The notes beneath the pieces were generated by a model that did not search any database, was not told the origin of the DNA, and saw only the letters and a program-made list of their open reading frames with translations. Position numbers and translations under genes: made by a program. A stretch of DNA of 64,000 bases from Lepidodermella squamata (Eukaryota > Animalia > Gastrotricha): positions 3,100,001 through 3,164,000 of the forward strand of contig JBLDXI010000013.1 of NCBI GenBank assembly GCA_047495785.1. The letters are read 5' to 3'. Below are positions 48,381 through 64,000 of this stretch, in pieces; position 1 is the stretch's first letter; the number at the start of each line of letters is the position of its first letter.

Positions 48381-49791
48381 GTTCGGTTTCTGATCACAAC
48401 AAAACTCTGAAATATCCATCGGCATGTAGCCTCTTTACCCACGCATTTTCGTTATCAAATCAATCATTTATGCTATTTAAAATCCGTGAGTCATTGAAAA
48501 TATTTCCCAATATTTATTGATTGCGAAAAAAAATATTGAAAAATTTATTACATTGAATTAATTAATATTGCCCGCGTTAATTTGATAAGTAACTGTCCTC
48601 ATTGAGTTCATTCCTATATCTGTTTTTGTGAGAAGAAAAAAATTGAAGATATATCAGGCCTTTTCACACGTCCAACCTCATGAATAACAAGATGAACCCC
48701 GGGAGGATTTCTTTAAAAGCCGCGATAACATGACAAATTTCGCTTGAAAGTTGACAAGCTGTGACGAAAAATCAGCCTGATTTCACGCCTATCTATTGCA
48801 CCGAATCCGTTGAAATCAGGACGATAAACTTGAACGGCAAAATATTGTTATTTTCTGTTATTTACGCGATTTTGAAAGGTTATTTTGAACGAGTTTGAAC
48901 GCATATATATCGGTTTATTGCTATAAGCTAATCTAGATTGAACTGGCCGTAAATTAGCTACCGTCGCAGCCGGCGTGTAATTGTTGTCGAGGTCACTTGT
49001 TCAGCGTCTAGCGCTCAAGAGACATTTGCGCGCACACACTAATAATAAAAGATGCGCGCGCGCACAAAATGAGACGCGCAAAAACAATGCGGTCGATGTT
49101 AATAAAATCGGTCTCTTACTCGTCGAAATCGAAAAACCAGCGCGTCGTCGCGATGCCACTGGTCTTCGAATCTACGAAAATTTCATTAAATTCGATAATC
49201 ATCATCATCTCGCGTGTATGTAGTATAGACTTTTATAAACGCGCGCGCACATGACAATAGCGAACCGATCATCACCATCATCTCATCATGCGGTTTTATT
49301 ATTATGTCGTCAACTTTCGATATCTCTTCATAGCTGTCATCATCGAAAAATTCGAGTGGCCATCGTTACTTTTATATCGCTGCTCAGGAAAGGGACGCAG
49401 AGGCGCCGGGCGAAAGAAGCGAGACGAGCGGGCAAATTGACTTTCGCGAAATATATATATCACGCACAACAACAACAGCGCATCAACAACAACAAAACAT
49501 CGAACATACACACCCATCTCTTACCATATAGTATAGTATTATCTTCATTACAGTATATAAGATTGACATATGACGTTGTCGAGGAGATTTACAGCGTCAA
49601 TCTGTGCGCACAACGCGTGAATTTTTTTCGCTCATTTTGTTCGCGCGCTCATAGAAAATTAATAGCGCACACTATATACAAAATAGCTGCTACCATAATA
49701 ATAGTAATAAACAAAAACATATATAGAGTGACCACACGCGCGTGTCTGATTGAATTTCGGCGCTGCGTCTCGAATTTTTATCTGATTTTTT

Positions 49792-49845
49792 CGCGACACG
49801 TTTAATTAAGTATTCGCGCGACACGTTTAATTAAGTATTCGCGCG
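49792..49845. repeat. 27-bp tandem duplication in a CpG-rich region upstream of the Ly6 gene
   Basis: CGCGACACGTTTAATTAAGTATTCGCG x2. Confidence 0.8.
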
Positions 49846-50102
49846 CGGCCTCTGATGTTAATTGAAAAGAAATATTGTATTATTTTTGTTAGATTTCTCC
49901 ACCAAATTGAATTATTTTTATTTATCTACCGCCGCGGCTCACCTCAAAAAAATTTGTATTCGCATTCGGTTATCAAAATAGCTTGTTGCTTTGGAATGTG
50001 ACGCTTGTTGTGAACACCTGGTCACGCCTCTTGATTTTAGCGTCTCACTAAAAAATTATTGCTCAATTTTCTTCTAAAATATAGGAATATTATCGCTAAA
50101 AA

Positions 50103-53100
50103 ATGAAAATTTTCCTGTTTTTCCTTGCGGCCATGTCTCTGGAATTTTCAACTGCCATGTATTTCGACGGTACAGGTGATCCTGATCTGTTAGGATCTGG
50201 TATGGCCTCACTCGCCGATCAATTGATAAGCCAAGAAAGTCAGGAAAACGAAGCGACCACAACAATGCTTTCAGTCTCTTCGACCGAAACGCCGATTCGG
50301 AGGGAGCCTAAATTAGAAAACAGCTTCCCATCACCTTCGCCAGAGTCGCTAATGAGAGACGAGCAGTTATTAATCGAGACATCTCTATCGCCTTCTGCTG
50401 AGACTGTTTTGGCAGAAAATGAGGTGACACCGACGCCTTCGAGTAATGACTCCGTGATTACTACCTCAGCACTACCTGTTGAGCCTAATACTCCGTCATC
50501 GCCTGTGAATGCTACCCAGGACTTGGGGATAGTGACATCGCTCGGTATCGATAAAGACGCGGCTGTTTCGCCTATTCCGCCGCTTGATATGAGGCCAATA
50601 CTCGAGATTAGGATGAATGAAACGTTGGATAGGGATGGCGAGACGACACCTAAACAGCCGGATATTCGTATACCATCGCTAATAACTGCAGATTCGGTTA
50701 ATGAAACTGTGGCTATTTTGACGAATTTCACTAATTTCACGGTGCTGAGTTCTCCGGATCCGCTCACTACGATCGAGCAGCTAATCAACGCTACGTCGAA
50801 TGTAACTGAAACTAGGTTAGCACTTAGTATTTTACAAAATTAAAAAAAATTCTTTTAAAGGAATTTTTAATTTAATTCTCATTTTTTAAAATCTCATCTC
50901 TCGAATTTAGATTTATCTTCAATAATTTTTGAATATTTTTATACCACGAAGCTCTTATGAATCACATCACGTGGTTATTTTTATGACATGGGCCATCCAG
51001 AAAATTTTCTTGAAATTTTATTATAAAACAAAACCAAACCATAGCAACGGTTGCTATGCAATCATTTATGGCAGAAAATCCTATTTCGAATCACAAAATA
51101 TCCAAAGTTTATAGTTCACTGTAATTAATTTCAGATCTTCGACGATCGACCCTCTTTCATCAACATTGAAAGCTATCATGGTCGAAATTTCGGCGAATCT
51201 ATCGTCTACCATTCCTCCTGTAAACCGAACTGATCCAAGAAATGACTCGGTATCAGAAGAATTATTAAGGTAGTTTAATTGCTTTGCCAGTTCTATATAC
51301 CCATCGATGTTTATTAGCGTGTCCACATCGACTGAATCACCTGCGACTACCACAGTTAGGGTGACCACTCCCACGACAACAACGACTACTACTACTACTA
51401 CTACTACTACTACAACAAAGCGGCCGGAAACGAGTTCAACCTCGAAGATGAGCACAACTCCTTTCCTCTGGTTCATCGATCCACATTTCGAGAGCAAGTA
51501 CGCTCCAAACGCTCACAGACCAGCGCTAGAGATAGCGCCATTAACGACTACGCAGAAAGCCATCCTAACCGCCTCGACGGCTGAAATCAAGCCAGCTCTG
51601 CCTTATTATCAGCCGCTCAACTGCTACGTTTGCACGAACATGTCGAGCTCGTGCGACGTGTCTGGCGATGTAATTAATGAGGAGCAGCTGATGGCGGCGG
51701 CGGCGAGCACTAATGAGTCGCCCACCGTCGGCATCACGCTCATCCAGTGCCCGCCGAACACGCGGTCCTGCGCGAAATTGTCCGTAACAGTGCGCTATAT
51801 TTACGACTCGACGGTGAAATGTATGTTTGACGTGCAAGTTTTTCTGAGACAATCGTGGGTTTGCTATCGAATTTCCAGCCTTTTATAGCTGGCTAGACAG
51901 AAAAAATGATAATCCATATTAAAGATCAAACGGTTCAGCCAAAAAATGAGAAAGTAATTATAAGTATAACATCGGCAGGGTTATGATCGAACGAAAAGTG
52001 TAAACTCGAGTCTTGAAAATTTTTTTGAATGGGTGATCCTGATGGGGCAATTTTTTCTACCACATCTTAGGTAATAAAGCCATATTAAATGTGGCTGCTC
52101 TTATCGGGTCGTTCTGCGTAACAAAAATTGGAAATGAACACTTTTCCTCCTTTGATCGCAACCCTGCGGGTGAGAGAATTTTCAAAAATATAGAACCGTT
52201 TATTTAAGATTGATTTATTCCGCAATTAAATTTAGGAAAATTATTTTAATAGTTTAAAAATTAAAAAGTTAATATAATACTTTAAACAATTTGAGATTTT
52301 GACAATTTCCTCAAGTTGTGCTCAATTTCTTCAGAATATAAATTCCAAAATTGTGAAAATGTAGTTTTTCGATTGTGCTTCTGGCCATATTTGTATCCGC
52401 AACACGCAGTTTTTTCACTCCATTTTTCCATCAGCGAAATTTCACTTTTATCAGCGTGCGGTTGTGTTTTTGATCAGCAAAATATTTTATTCAGTCTTCA
52501 GATTGGGCCAAAGGAACCGTCTGACGACCGGGGTAACTACTAGAGCAATTTCGGGGTCGGGAAAGAATTCACGCCGTTGCAGCCCTGTTTCCTGTTGCCA
52601 CGCCGTAGTTGCGAACCATGCTCAACTTTAACTGGATGTGCTCATTTTTGCAGTTGTTTGTAAATTGAACGTTTGACTGATATGCGATATAAAAAATGGA
52701 GTTTCCGATGGGTGGGCCCCGATGACTGTACATGGGCTGGAACTATCCAGAGGGCGTAACCGATCTTTCACCTTCTCCCCTAGCAGTTTTGTCCGGGTAG
52801 GTGGATTAGATACACCTTATCAACAATGGGAGGAAAATTCAACAGGTAAGCTAGCTGACGCTAAGTTGCAGACGAAAAACTCATTTTTCAAAGATTCGCA
52901 ATAACGATTCGGTGCTTACACCTGGCTAAAGAAAAAATATTTCATAAAAGATGGGTTAACGAATTTTTTCGGCTGATGGAAAAAGCGCAGTTTTGGTTTG
53001 GAAAAAGTCGTGAAATTTACACAAAAAAGTAACTTCAACCTCAATATTTTTTTGACCCGCTAAAAATTGAAAAAATTAAAACAAATTATAGCAGTGTAGT

Positions 53101-53348
53101 GCTAAAAAATGAACAAAATAGTCACTCTTTATCTTGCAGACGAAACAACTATCACAAGATTTTGCTCGAATATTCAAGATAATTACTGCGAAATCAAAGC
53201 CGGCTCCGGGTCGTCCTACGAACAGTGCTACTGCGGCTCACACGCCTGCAATTCTTCTCGCCGTATTGCTTCCAGCCACGTCCTGATCAGTGGCCTAACA
53301 ACTATTTTATCGTTGCTACTACTTGATGTCTTGTCATTTCTTAACTAA
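50103..53348 (+). CDS. Mucin-like Ser/Thr-rich protein with C-terminal Ly6/three-finger (quiver/sleepless-like) domain and probable GPI signal (4 exons)
   Basis: Exons 50103..50815, 51135..51269, 51318..51820, 53140..53348; LNCYVC...CYCGSHACN with 10 Cys; hydrophobic C-terminal tail; (ACT)n poly-Thr. Confidence 0.8.
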
Positions 53349-53564
53349 CATGTTTTCCATGTTTTATATCGTCCTAAACTGGCCTGTGGCACGACGTCCA
53401 GGCGCTGTTCGTTTTTGTGTCGGAACAAAAAGATGATTTTTAGAATTTTGAAAATAAATAAATGAAGTCCGCAAGCAAACTGCGTGCATACTTTATTCGT
53501 GAACAATAACTCGGCGTAGTGCGGTATGTATAGCATCAAAAAAGGCAGTGTTTTTATAAGCTCA

Positions 53565-56847
<3,283 letters not shown>

Positions 56848-57529
56848 GATGCTGATGAGTGAAAAAATGAAGGCTAGGAAATGAAAATTGGAAGTTGTAT
56901 TCCACACAACAGCTGAATAAATTTCGCTAGTTACGAAAAGCCTACTCAATTCGTTTCGGCGAAAAGAAGACGTACGTTACGTTTTTTGTAATAATTAAAG
57001 GCCGAAAGAGCAAAAAATATTGAGGCGTGTGACGTTAGTAGGTTTTTACTACAACAAAGCCTCAATGAGCGCCTTTTTCGTCTCTCGTGCAATTTCTAGA
57101 TGAAACAAAAATGAGGGAATTATTGCTTCACTTTACACTTTTATAGTAGTTTTCATTCATTTTTGTTCGTTATTCTTGTGATTTTCGCTCTTTATTGGCT
57201 TCTCGGGAAAAACACATTACTGATTACAAAATGCCGATAAATGCAGCCGAAATTAAAGAGCAATGAGGAACATTATTCGAAGACTTATGAGTGATAAGAA
57301 ACGTACGGCCGATATTGCTAATTAAACGTTTGTGAGTTCGGCGATGTGAACATATGGAACACATCGATTCTTGAAAAAGCTGAGACAAATGATCAAGTAT
57401 TGGAAGCGACATAATTCAGCAATTATCTGCGCTGCATTGAACGTGACTTCTCGCGTGAATTTTCAGTCGCAAATAGCCGCGAGGTTATAAGGCCCTAAAT
57501 CTTGAGAGACGGGTTCATTAACGTGCAAA

Positions 57530-59932
57530 ATGCTAATGAAAATTTTAACGATATTTTTGATTACAGCATCTTTCAGCGCTGTAGAATGCACGAAGAAATA
57601 CACCATGGAGATGCTGTTTCTTCTAACAATCACTGGAGACGAGCCAAAAAATGGAACCGCCTGCCGAGTTGGCGCCCAAATCGCGTTCGATGAAGTCAAA
57701 GCTCGGCAGGACATTCTACCCGACTATCAAATGGAGCCCCTCTTCATCGACGAAAAGGTCCTTTCATCAGCCGCAGCTCCGTTGGCTGTTCAATTCCGGC
57801 GACGACTCGACGAAAACAGAGACAAAGAAGCAGTGACCAAAGTTTATCAATCTCCAGTAATGTATGGTCCCTACTTCACCACTGGATGCGCTGCCCTTGC
57901 TAGATCTGCTCACTACATCGATATGATCCACATTTCACTTGGGTGTATCTCGCCAATATTCACAGCCAATCGACGCTTGTACCCCAATCTGTATCGCATC
58001 AAGATCACTGGCGAGATGGTAGCGTATCCTGAACTTCATTTCTTCCGCCGAGTCGCGAATTGGAACCGTTTCGGAATTTTGACATTCAGCACTAACTTCC
58101 TGGACTATCAACTGGCAATTTTCCTATCAAAAGCAGCTCAAGCTGAGAAATTTGAAGTTTCATTCTTTGACATTGTCCCCGATATCGATGACAACGTAAT
58201 TCTTCGATTGAAAGACTCAGATTCCAGGGTCGTGGTACTCTCGACCGCTACAACGATCTTAGCCATGAAATTCCTCTGTTTCATGCATAAATTCGGTATG
58301 ACAGGTTCGAAGTATGGATTTGTGCTTCACACAGCCGCTTGGGCAGAACCTCCCAGCGTTCCAGCAACCCTTCCTGGTCTACCATATTGCACCCGAGCTG
58401 TTATACTTGAGCAGTATAAGTACACGTTTTGGATTGGATTCGCAATGACTGCTAGTGGAGTTGCGCCTGAAACTGTGAAATCAAGTCTCGGGAGTTCGAT
58501 GAAAGATTTCGAGGCTAAGTTCGATAAAATGACGAACGGCGTCGCTGTTGCAGATCATGATAAGAGGATGAATTGTTACGACTCTGCAGTTCACACATTC
58601 ATGGCGTTGGACGACGCTGAGAAAAAGCTGGCGACAATCAACAAAACCCTGAGAGACTACAGCACTCATCCTCAATTGATCATGAAAACTGTGAATGACT
58701 CGATGGCGAATGTTGACTACTACGGCTTTCGGGTGGGCCGGTTTCGTTATTCGAATAGGGTTGAGTTCGATTCTGATACGCAAATCATTTTTCAATGGAC
58801 GCCCGATAGCGGTATTCAAGTTTTGTACGAGTTCGTCGCCGTGAACGAATCGAACCTAGCAAATTACTCTAACTATAGAATGCGAACTGTAGGATCGCCG
58901 GTATGGTTCACACCAGATAAAAAGCCACCTAGAGACGGTGCAATTTACATCCAGAAACTCACCGTAGTCAGTGAAGAGTTCTTTTGGGCGATATTAGCTA
59001 TGGGATCTTCTTTCAGCCTGATTCAACTCCCTATATTCGCGAAAGCGATCTATTTGAGCCTCAAGCAACCCCAAAGCTTTCAGTTCTCCCCCATGGGTCT
59101 ATCATGTTCGATGCTGGGTTGCATTCTCCTAAATGCAGCGGCGATTGTCTTTTCAGTCCGAGTATCGTCAAGTTCAGATTCTACGCCTGTTCTTTGTATC
59201 TGCCAGAAAGTCTTATGTGCTTCTGCACTTAGCATTGTCCATAGTTACTTGGTATCACGTTGCGGAGTTTTTCTCAATTTCTCAATTCAACGCAGTCGAA
59301 TTTCCTCTCAATCCTACCAACATCGGAGAACCTCAGTCAGTGGAAGCATATCTCGAAATAGAAAGGGGAGTTCTGTTCAACAGTTTATCCGACAGAGAAC
59401 TGGCTCCGTCACCCGTCTGAGCAATCCGGTCACTAAGCAAGACATAGACGAAGATAAACCTGTTGTTATCACAATGTTGTCCGTTTTCTGCATCAACGCG
59501 GTGTACATGACAGCGTGGATGTTAGTTGACACCCCGAGGCTCTTGTTGTTTTCATTCCCGCAAGTTGTTGATCTGCAACTCGATACTATTCTCGTCGAGC
59601 AAACCTACGCATGCCGATCGGCCAATGATGTTGCATGGCTTGTCGCCCTCACCGCAGCTCATGCGATAATGCTTGCCATCGGGGCTCTTCTGTCGTTCGA
59701 ACTACGTCGAGCGAGGCAAATGGAGTCCTACTTTCCAGATTTCAAACATATTCGAATGTTGATCGGCGTTGAAGCTTCCTTGTTCTTTGCAGGAGCCCTG
59801 CTCGTCATTGCTCTACGATCCCCAACAAGCCAAATGATGGCTTGTTCTTGCATCTGCTTGTTTATTTCCTTATGTTTTTCATTTGCTACCTTGGGACCGA
59901 TTACAAAGCAAAGCGTACAGAGGCAAAATTGA
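57530..59932 (+). CDS. Intronless GABA-B-like class C GPCR, copy 2
   Basis: Signal peptide, DILPDYQM, GPYFTTGC, YPNLYR, NWNRFG, DSRVVVL, W...KPPRD, 7 hydrophobic segments. Confidence 0.85.
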   Translation: MLMKILTIFLITASFSAVECTKKYTMEMLFLLTITGDEPKNGTACRVGAQIAFDEVKARQDILPDYQMEPLFIDEKVLSSAAAPLAVQFRRRLDENRDKEAVTKVYQSPVMYGPYFTTGCAALARSAHYIDMIHISLGCISPIFTANRRLYPNLYRIKITGEMVAYPELHFFRRVANWNRFGILTFSTNFLDYQLAIFLSKAAQAEKFEVSFFDIVPDIDDNVILRLKDSDSRVVVLSTATTILAMKFLCFMHKFGMTGSKYGFVLHTAAWAEPPSVPATLPGLPYCTRAVILEQYKYTFWIGFAMTASGVAPETVKSSLGSSMKDFEAKFDKMTNGVAVADHDKRMNCYDSAVHTFMALDDAEKKLATINKTLRDYSTHPQLIMKTVNDSMANVDYYGFRVGRFRYSNRVEFDSDTQIIFQWTPDSGIQVLYEFVAVNESNLANYSNYRMRTVGSPVWFTPDKKPPRDGAIYIQKLTVVSEEFFWAILAMGSSFSLIQLPIFAKAIYLSLKQPQSFQFSPMGLSCSMLGCILLNAAAIVFSVRVSSSSDSTPVLCICQKVLCASALSIVHSYLVSRCGVFLNFSIQRSRISSQSYQHRRTSVSGSISRNRKGSSVQQFIRQRTGSVTRLSNPVTKQDIDEDKPVVITMLSVFCINAVYMTAWMLVDTPRLLLFSFPQVVDLQLDTILVEQTYACRSANDVAWLVALTAAHAIMLAIGALLSFELRRARQMESYFPDFKHIRMLIGVEASLFFAGALLVIALRSPTSQMMACSCICLFISLCFSFATLGPITKQSVQRQN

Positions 59933-60285
59933 AAAAGTATGGTTACAAACCCATCCAAACATTTTCATTTAGTTTCGGTTCTTGTCATTTGTTCTCAATA
60001 AACTTGCTATAACTGTGAAATAAAACTAATGGGAGGCGTTTTGAAGGTTCACGTGAACATTTTTGCTTTTCCCTGGCAACGTTCTCGAAAAAGCCCTGAA
60101 GAAAGTTTTTTCTAGTATGGCCTTTACTCTGCCATGAATTGTAACCCCTAACGTGACTGCGTGGCATGACGTAAAAAACGTAATTTTCTTGAATATTTTA
60201 TACGGCTGTCTTCTCCTCAAGTTGACCGAGTCAGACAGCGTACGGGCAAATGATGTCTGACTCGGTCAACTCTACGGCCGTTCGG

Positions 60286-60319
60286 TATAAAAGCCGCGAG
60301 CAGGAGAGCTTCATCATTC
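60286..60319 (+). promoter_or_regulatory. Probable core promoter of temptin-like gene (TATA + initiator)
   Basis: TATAAAAG at 60286 with TCATTC ~30 nt downstream, 29 nt before the ATG. Confidence 0.5.
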
Positions 60320-60344
60320 GAGAAAGTTTCATCAAAACTTGAAT

Positions 60345-60980
60345 ATGTTTTCGCCATCTTCGCTGCTTCTCGCATTCTCTGCAGTGCTCGCTGTAGCCTT
60401 CTGCAAGCCCGAATACGTTCAACTGGTTCCAAACGCTGGCATTGTAAAGAATCCATGCAACACCCGCCAGCCATGGATAGCCCTGGGCCATACCAAGCCA
60501 ACGCCTGATGCTACTTCGAAGGGAACTCCGTTCGCTTATGACTTCTACGGAGAAGGTCACACTTGGACCGTTGCCCTGTGCCGCAAGGACAGCGATGGCG
60601 ATGGTCGCACGAATGGTCAGGAGCTGGGTGACCCTGACTGCGTGTGGACCCCTGGAACAAAGCCAGCTTCTAATTTGAGGATCACACACCCTGGCATTTG
60701 TGATCCAATCAATTCTCCAGCATGCAAGGCGAAAAACGATTTCCTGAATTCGACAAATTGCAGGGCTATCGATGATCCCTACACTCCGCCTGCTACTACT
60801 CCGGGAACAACCCGAACGACAACAGATACTGCAAACGCGGATACAGCAAATTCATCATCAGCATCCACGGATGATGCAACAACTACGGATTCAGCGAATA
60901 CAACTACAGGATCATCAGATGCCGAGACTGGGAAGACCAATAATGATGAACAATCGACGACTACTGCCACCGTAGAATAG
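60345..60980 (+). CDS. Temptin-like secreted protein with Thr/Asp-rich C-terminal tail
   Basis: Signal peptide; VPNA..V.NPC...W.ALGH, PF..DF..GHTWT..LC.KDSDGDGRTNGQELGDPDCVWTPG..P..THPGIC temptin signature. Confidence 0.88.
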   Translation: MFSPSSLLLAFSAVLAVAFCKPEYVQLVPNAGIVKNPCNTRQPWIALGHTKPTPDATSKGTPFAYDFYGEGHTWTVALCRKDSDGDGRTNGQELGDPDCVWTPGTKPASNLRITHPGICDPINSPACKAKNDFLNSTNCRAIDDPYTPPATTPGTTRTTTDTANADTANSSSASTDDATTTDSANTTTGSSDAETGKTNNDEQSTTTATVE

Positions 60981-61722
60981 TAAATGAAACAATATACAGC
61001 TCAATATTATCCATTTTTATTCAGTTGAAGAATAAATGAGAAACATGTCATTCTCCCGAGTAAGACATTTTCAAGATATAAAATCTTCAAACCAGCACGC
61101 GTGCATAATGCATTAATGTTTCGCATTCAAGGCGCCTACATTCTTACGCCTTGATGAGCTAAATAATGTAAGAGTCTCGTGCAAACACGAATGTGCCGTC
61201 TGTTGAGTATGCGAAACGCGTGGATCCCCTTCGACAAGCCATTTTGGCAATTTGCCCGTTCCTGTCTGTTATTATCATCCTGTATTGAATTAGATTTGTC
61301 AGACTCGTGTGAAATACGTTCACTCAGCTTGAAACAAACCAAGGGACATCGGAAAGTCGCCATGAAATGTACTGATTCAGAAGTCTTTTGAGTAGTAAGC
61401 TGAAAAGGAATTTCTCGCTGACCTCTTTTGGCGCAGTCGATTCACCTCTCGACGGCAAACAAGTTATTCGATATCACTATATCGGCACTCGATTGCATTA
61501 ATTTCTTACATTTGCGAGAACTTGGGAAGAAAGTGTAACAACCGATCGCCTTGATTTTCGGATGTAACATTTCAAATTTCATAGCACTTAGGAAGGCCTG
61601 AATATTTAATGGTGCTATCTATAGCGAGTGCTAATCGGACGCCCATGAAAGAATGATTTCCTGCCATGAGCGATTTCACAATGATTTCCCTTTACCCGTG
61701 AGATTCTCATCTTTTCACTAAA

Positions 61723-64000
61723 ATGGCAATTCTGCTAGGTTTGGTTGTAGCGATTTTCTTCAGCGTTGTTTCGCTTGAAAAGCCTTACACTTTGAGGCAA
61801 CTTAGTCTAACCACTGTAGATCCCGACCCAAAAGTATTTTACGCCAGTGGTTTGTCTTCAGAATACGTCTATCGAAACGTGAATTCAAGAAGTGACATAT
61901 TGCCAGACTACAAACTCATCAGAGATATCCGTGAAGACTCCTACGGCTTCAGGGCGACGACACAGCTGATAAACTTCCGGAATGAATGGAATGGTTCGGT
62001 CGCTTACTCAGGCTATCAATCGCCTATTGTCGTAGGCCCACTTTATTCAACTGGCTGCAAAGCCATCGGGCCACTTCTCCCATTCATGAACTCAGTGGCT
62101 TTGTCCACGTACTGCTCAGCACCTTATCTGACCGAGCGCCGACACCCTAACTTGTATCTGTCTGTCGCCACATTCAAAAGCACGGCAATCGCCATACTAA
62201 AATTTATGCGTGAAGTTGGTGGCTGGAACAAATTCGCTATTTTATCTCAGATTTCTGGAGCTCTCGACTTTTCAATGGCTAACTACATCAACGACAAAGC
62301 TATAGCCAATAATTTTACCATACCCTGGTTTAATGCTTACCTCGAGGTAGACTTGCAGACTGTCCTGGAGTTGAAGGCATCTGGACTCAGGGTTATTCTC
62401 TTAACTCTAAATTCCCCTGCTGTTATTGCTAATTTTTTGTGCATCGCGTTCAAGGTTGGCATGACGAAACCTCGTTATGCTTTCTTTATGATCAATACAC
62501 AATACACCTTCCTAATTCCGACAGGATGCACGAGGGAAATTATGGATGTTCAATGGCAACAGGTTTTCTTTTACGGGACAATGCTTCGACCGCTGAATTA
62601 TTCGACTGTATGCGATCTCGGATATTCTGCTGCTGAATTTCGTGACAATATGATGCGAATGCTGAACACCACCTCGGAGGATGACTTTGTATCAGCCTAC
62701 ACACTTCACGACATTTCCCTACGAACTGCTATGATTCTTCACGAGTCTGAAAAGAGACTCAGAAAACTGTTCAACTTAACCTTGAAGGACTACCATCAAT
62801 ATCCAGATTTAGTATCTAAAGTTGTTAATCAGTCCATGCTAGAGACGAAAGTTCGAGGCTTGAAAATCGGAGAGATGTCATTCAGCTCGAAAGGACTGGG
62901 TCAAGGAGATGTAGATGCCATTGTTCAATTGATACCCGGAAAAGGGATGCGAAATGTGGCCTTAGTTCGATCTTTGCCAATCAGCGAGTTGGACGACTTC
63001 GACTACGGCAAATTCAAGCTATATCTTGCAGAGAAAGTTGTCTGGCCGGGGGAGGTACGTCCTCGTGATAGTGCATTGTTGATAAAAGAAACGTATAGCC
63101 TCGGAGCGAGCACTATCGCTGTTAGCTCTTTCCTCATCATCATAGTCTCTTTGTTTCAAGCTATTTCGCTAATTTTCATCAAAACCGGCATTCTTCATCG
63201 AGTTGAATTTAGATTTTCCAAGATATCCGCTACTCTGGGCTGTCTTTTCCTCAATTGCGGTGCGATTTGCTCTTTGATCCGAAGAGATCTAACCTCTAGT
63301 GACACGGTTTTAGCAACTGTGGCTTTCATCAGCTTAGGTGGGTGTATCATTTTTAGCCACATTGCTTTCCGCTGGCTCGTCATCAAGAGTTTTATCAACA
63401 AAGCAGTAATGAATTATGATGCTGCTAAGAAGATGAAATCAAGAAGCCTTGGCAAACGGCTCGCCCTCGTCATTACATTTACGCGTGCCATTTCACCCTT
63501 TGCATCTTCATCGGCACTTATGAACAGAGTTGTTATCACATTTCCAGAAGTATCTTGGACAAACTTCGATCGCCAGGTTGTGAAGTGTGCGTGTATCTTC
63601 TGTTCCGGAGTTGCATCGCTAACGATTGCTTGGCTCGCTTCCCAAGAAGTTGAATGTCGGGAAAAGTTACTTTCGCAACCTGCCTACCTGGAGATGTCTG
63701 ACACCATAGTCGAAACATGGGCCGTAATTTGTTCTTTTAAAGACTCAGGTAGTATTAGGGCGTCATGGGGTATTCTGGGGACAATTATCGTGGCTGCAGC
63801 ACTACTCCTTCTCGCTAGTTTGTCCTCTGCGTACAATTTGAAACAAATAATTATTTATTTATTTATTTTATACGACTTGCAATTGATCGAACGATCTGTA
63901 GCAATTAAAGGCGTCTCACTGTAGATTAAAGGCGCGGAGTTTCTACGCATTGTCGCGAGTTTGTCTCTGGGTGGTTAGGCATTCTTGCTGCAGCTACACT
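61723..64000 (+). CDS. Intronless GABA-B-like class C GPCR, copy 3; ORF interrupted after TM5 by an ~85-bp insertion (possible pseudogene); runs off window
   Basis: Clear paralog of 5632..8082; ORF stops at 63924 but homology (GVSTHCREFVSGWLGILAAAT vs GVASNCKEFFPSCLGVIASGT) resumes at 63936 in another frame. Confidence 0.8.

Noticed and set aside
48981-49805. ORFs up to 184 aa in the CGCG-rich spacer
   Set aside because: No domain or coding-like composition; more likely promoter, 5'UTR or intron of the Ly6 gene.
61136-61460. Short ORFs between temptin and GPCR copy 3
   Set aside because: No recognisable protein or transposon motif.

Overview
Gene-dense region of a compact-genome animal (AT-rich intergenic DNA, mostly 47-66 nt GT-AG introns); no prokaryotic features, RNA genes or CRISPR arrays were seen. 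It reads as a sensory/secretory gene neighbourhood. (1) Twelve minus-strand, divergent Cys-loop (nAChR-like) channel subunit genes (10.5-48.4 kb) lack the loop-C vicinal cysteines and have a very short M3-M4 loop; 11 of them sit in a run of 14 co-oriented genes with gaps as short as 10-18 bp. (2) One subunit is a chimera: signal peptide + legume(L-type)-lectin-like domain + Ser/Thr stalk + Cys-loop channel (743 aa by manual splicing). (3) Three tandem genes encoding signal peptide + trypsin-like serine protease + ankyrin repeats are embedded in the array. (4) Three intronless GABA-B-like class C GPCRs (one disrupted by an insertion), three two-EF-hand proteins, a temptin-like gene, a mucin-Ly6/quiver GPI protein, a 4xEGF cathepsin-L-like protease, duplicated knottin genes (one double-ICK), a DODA-type dioxygenase plus a partial duplicate, and PCYT2. 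A LINE fragment and several MITE-like elements are also present. All gene models were spliced by hand and are unverified by RNA data.
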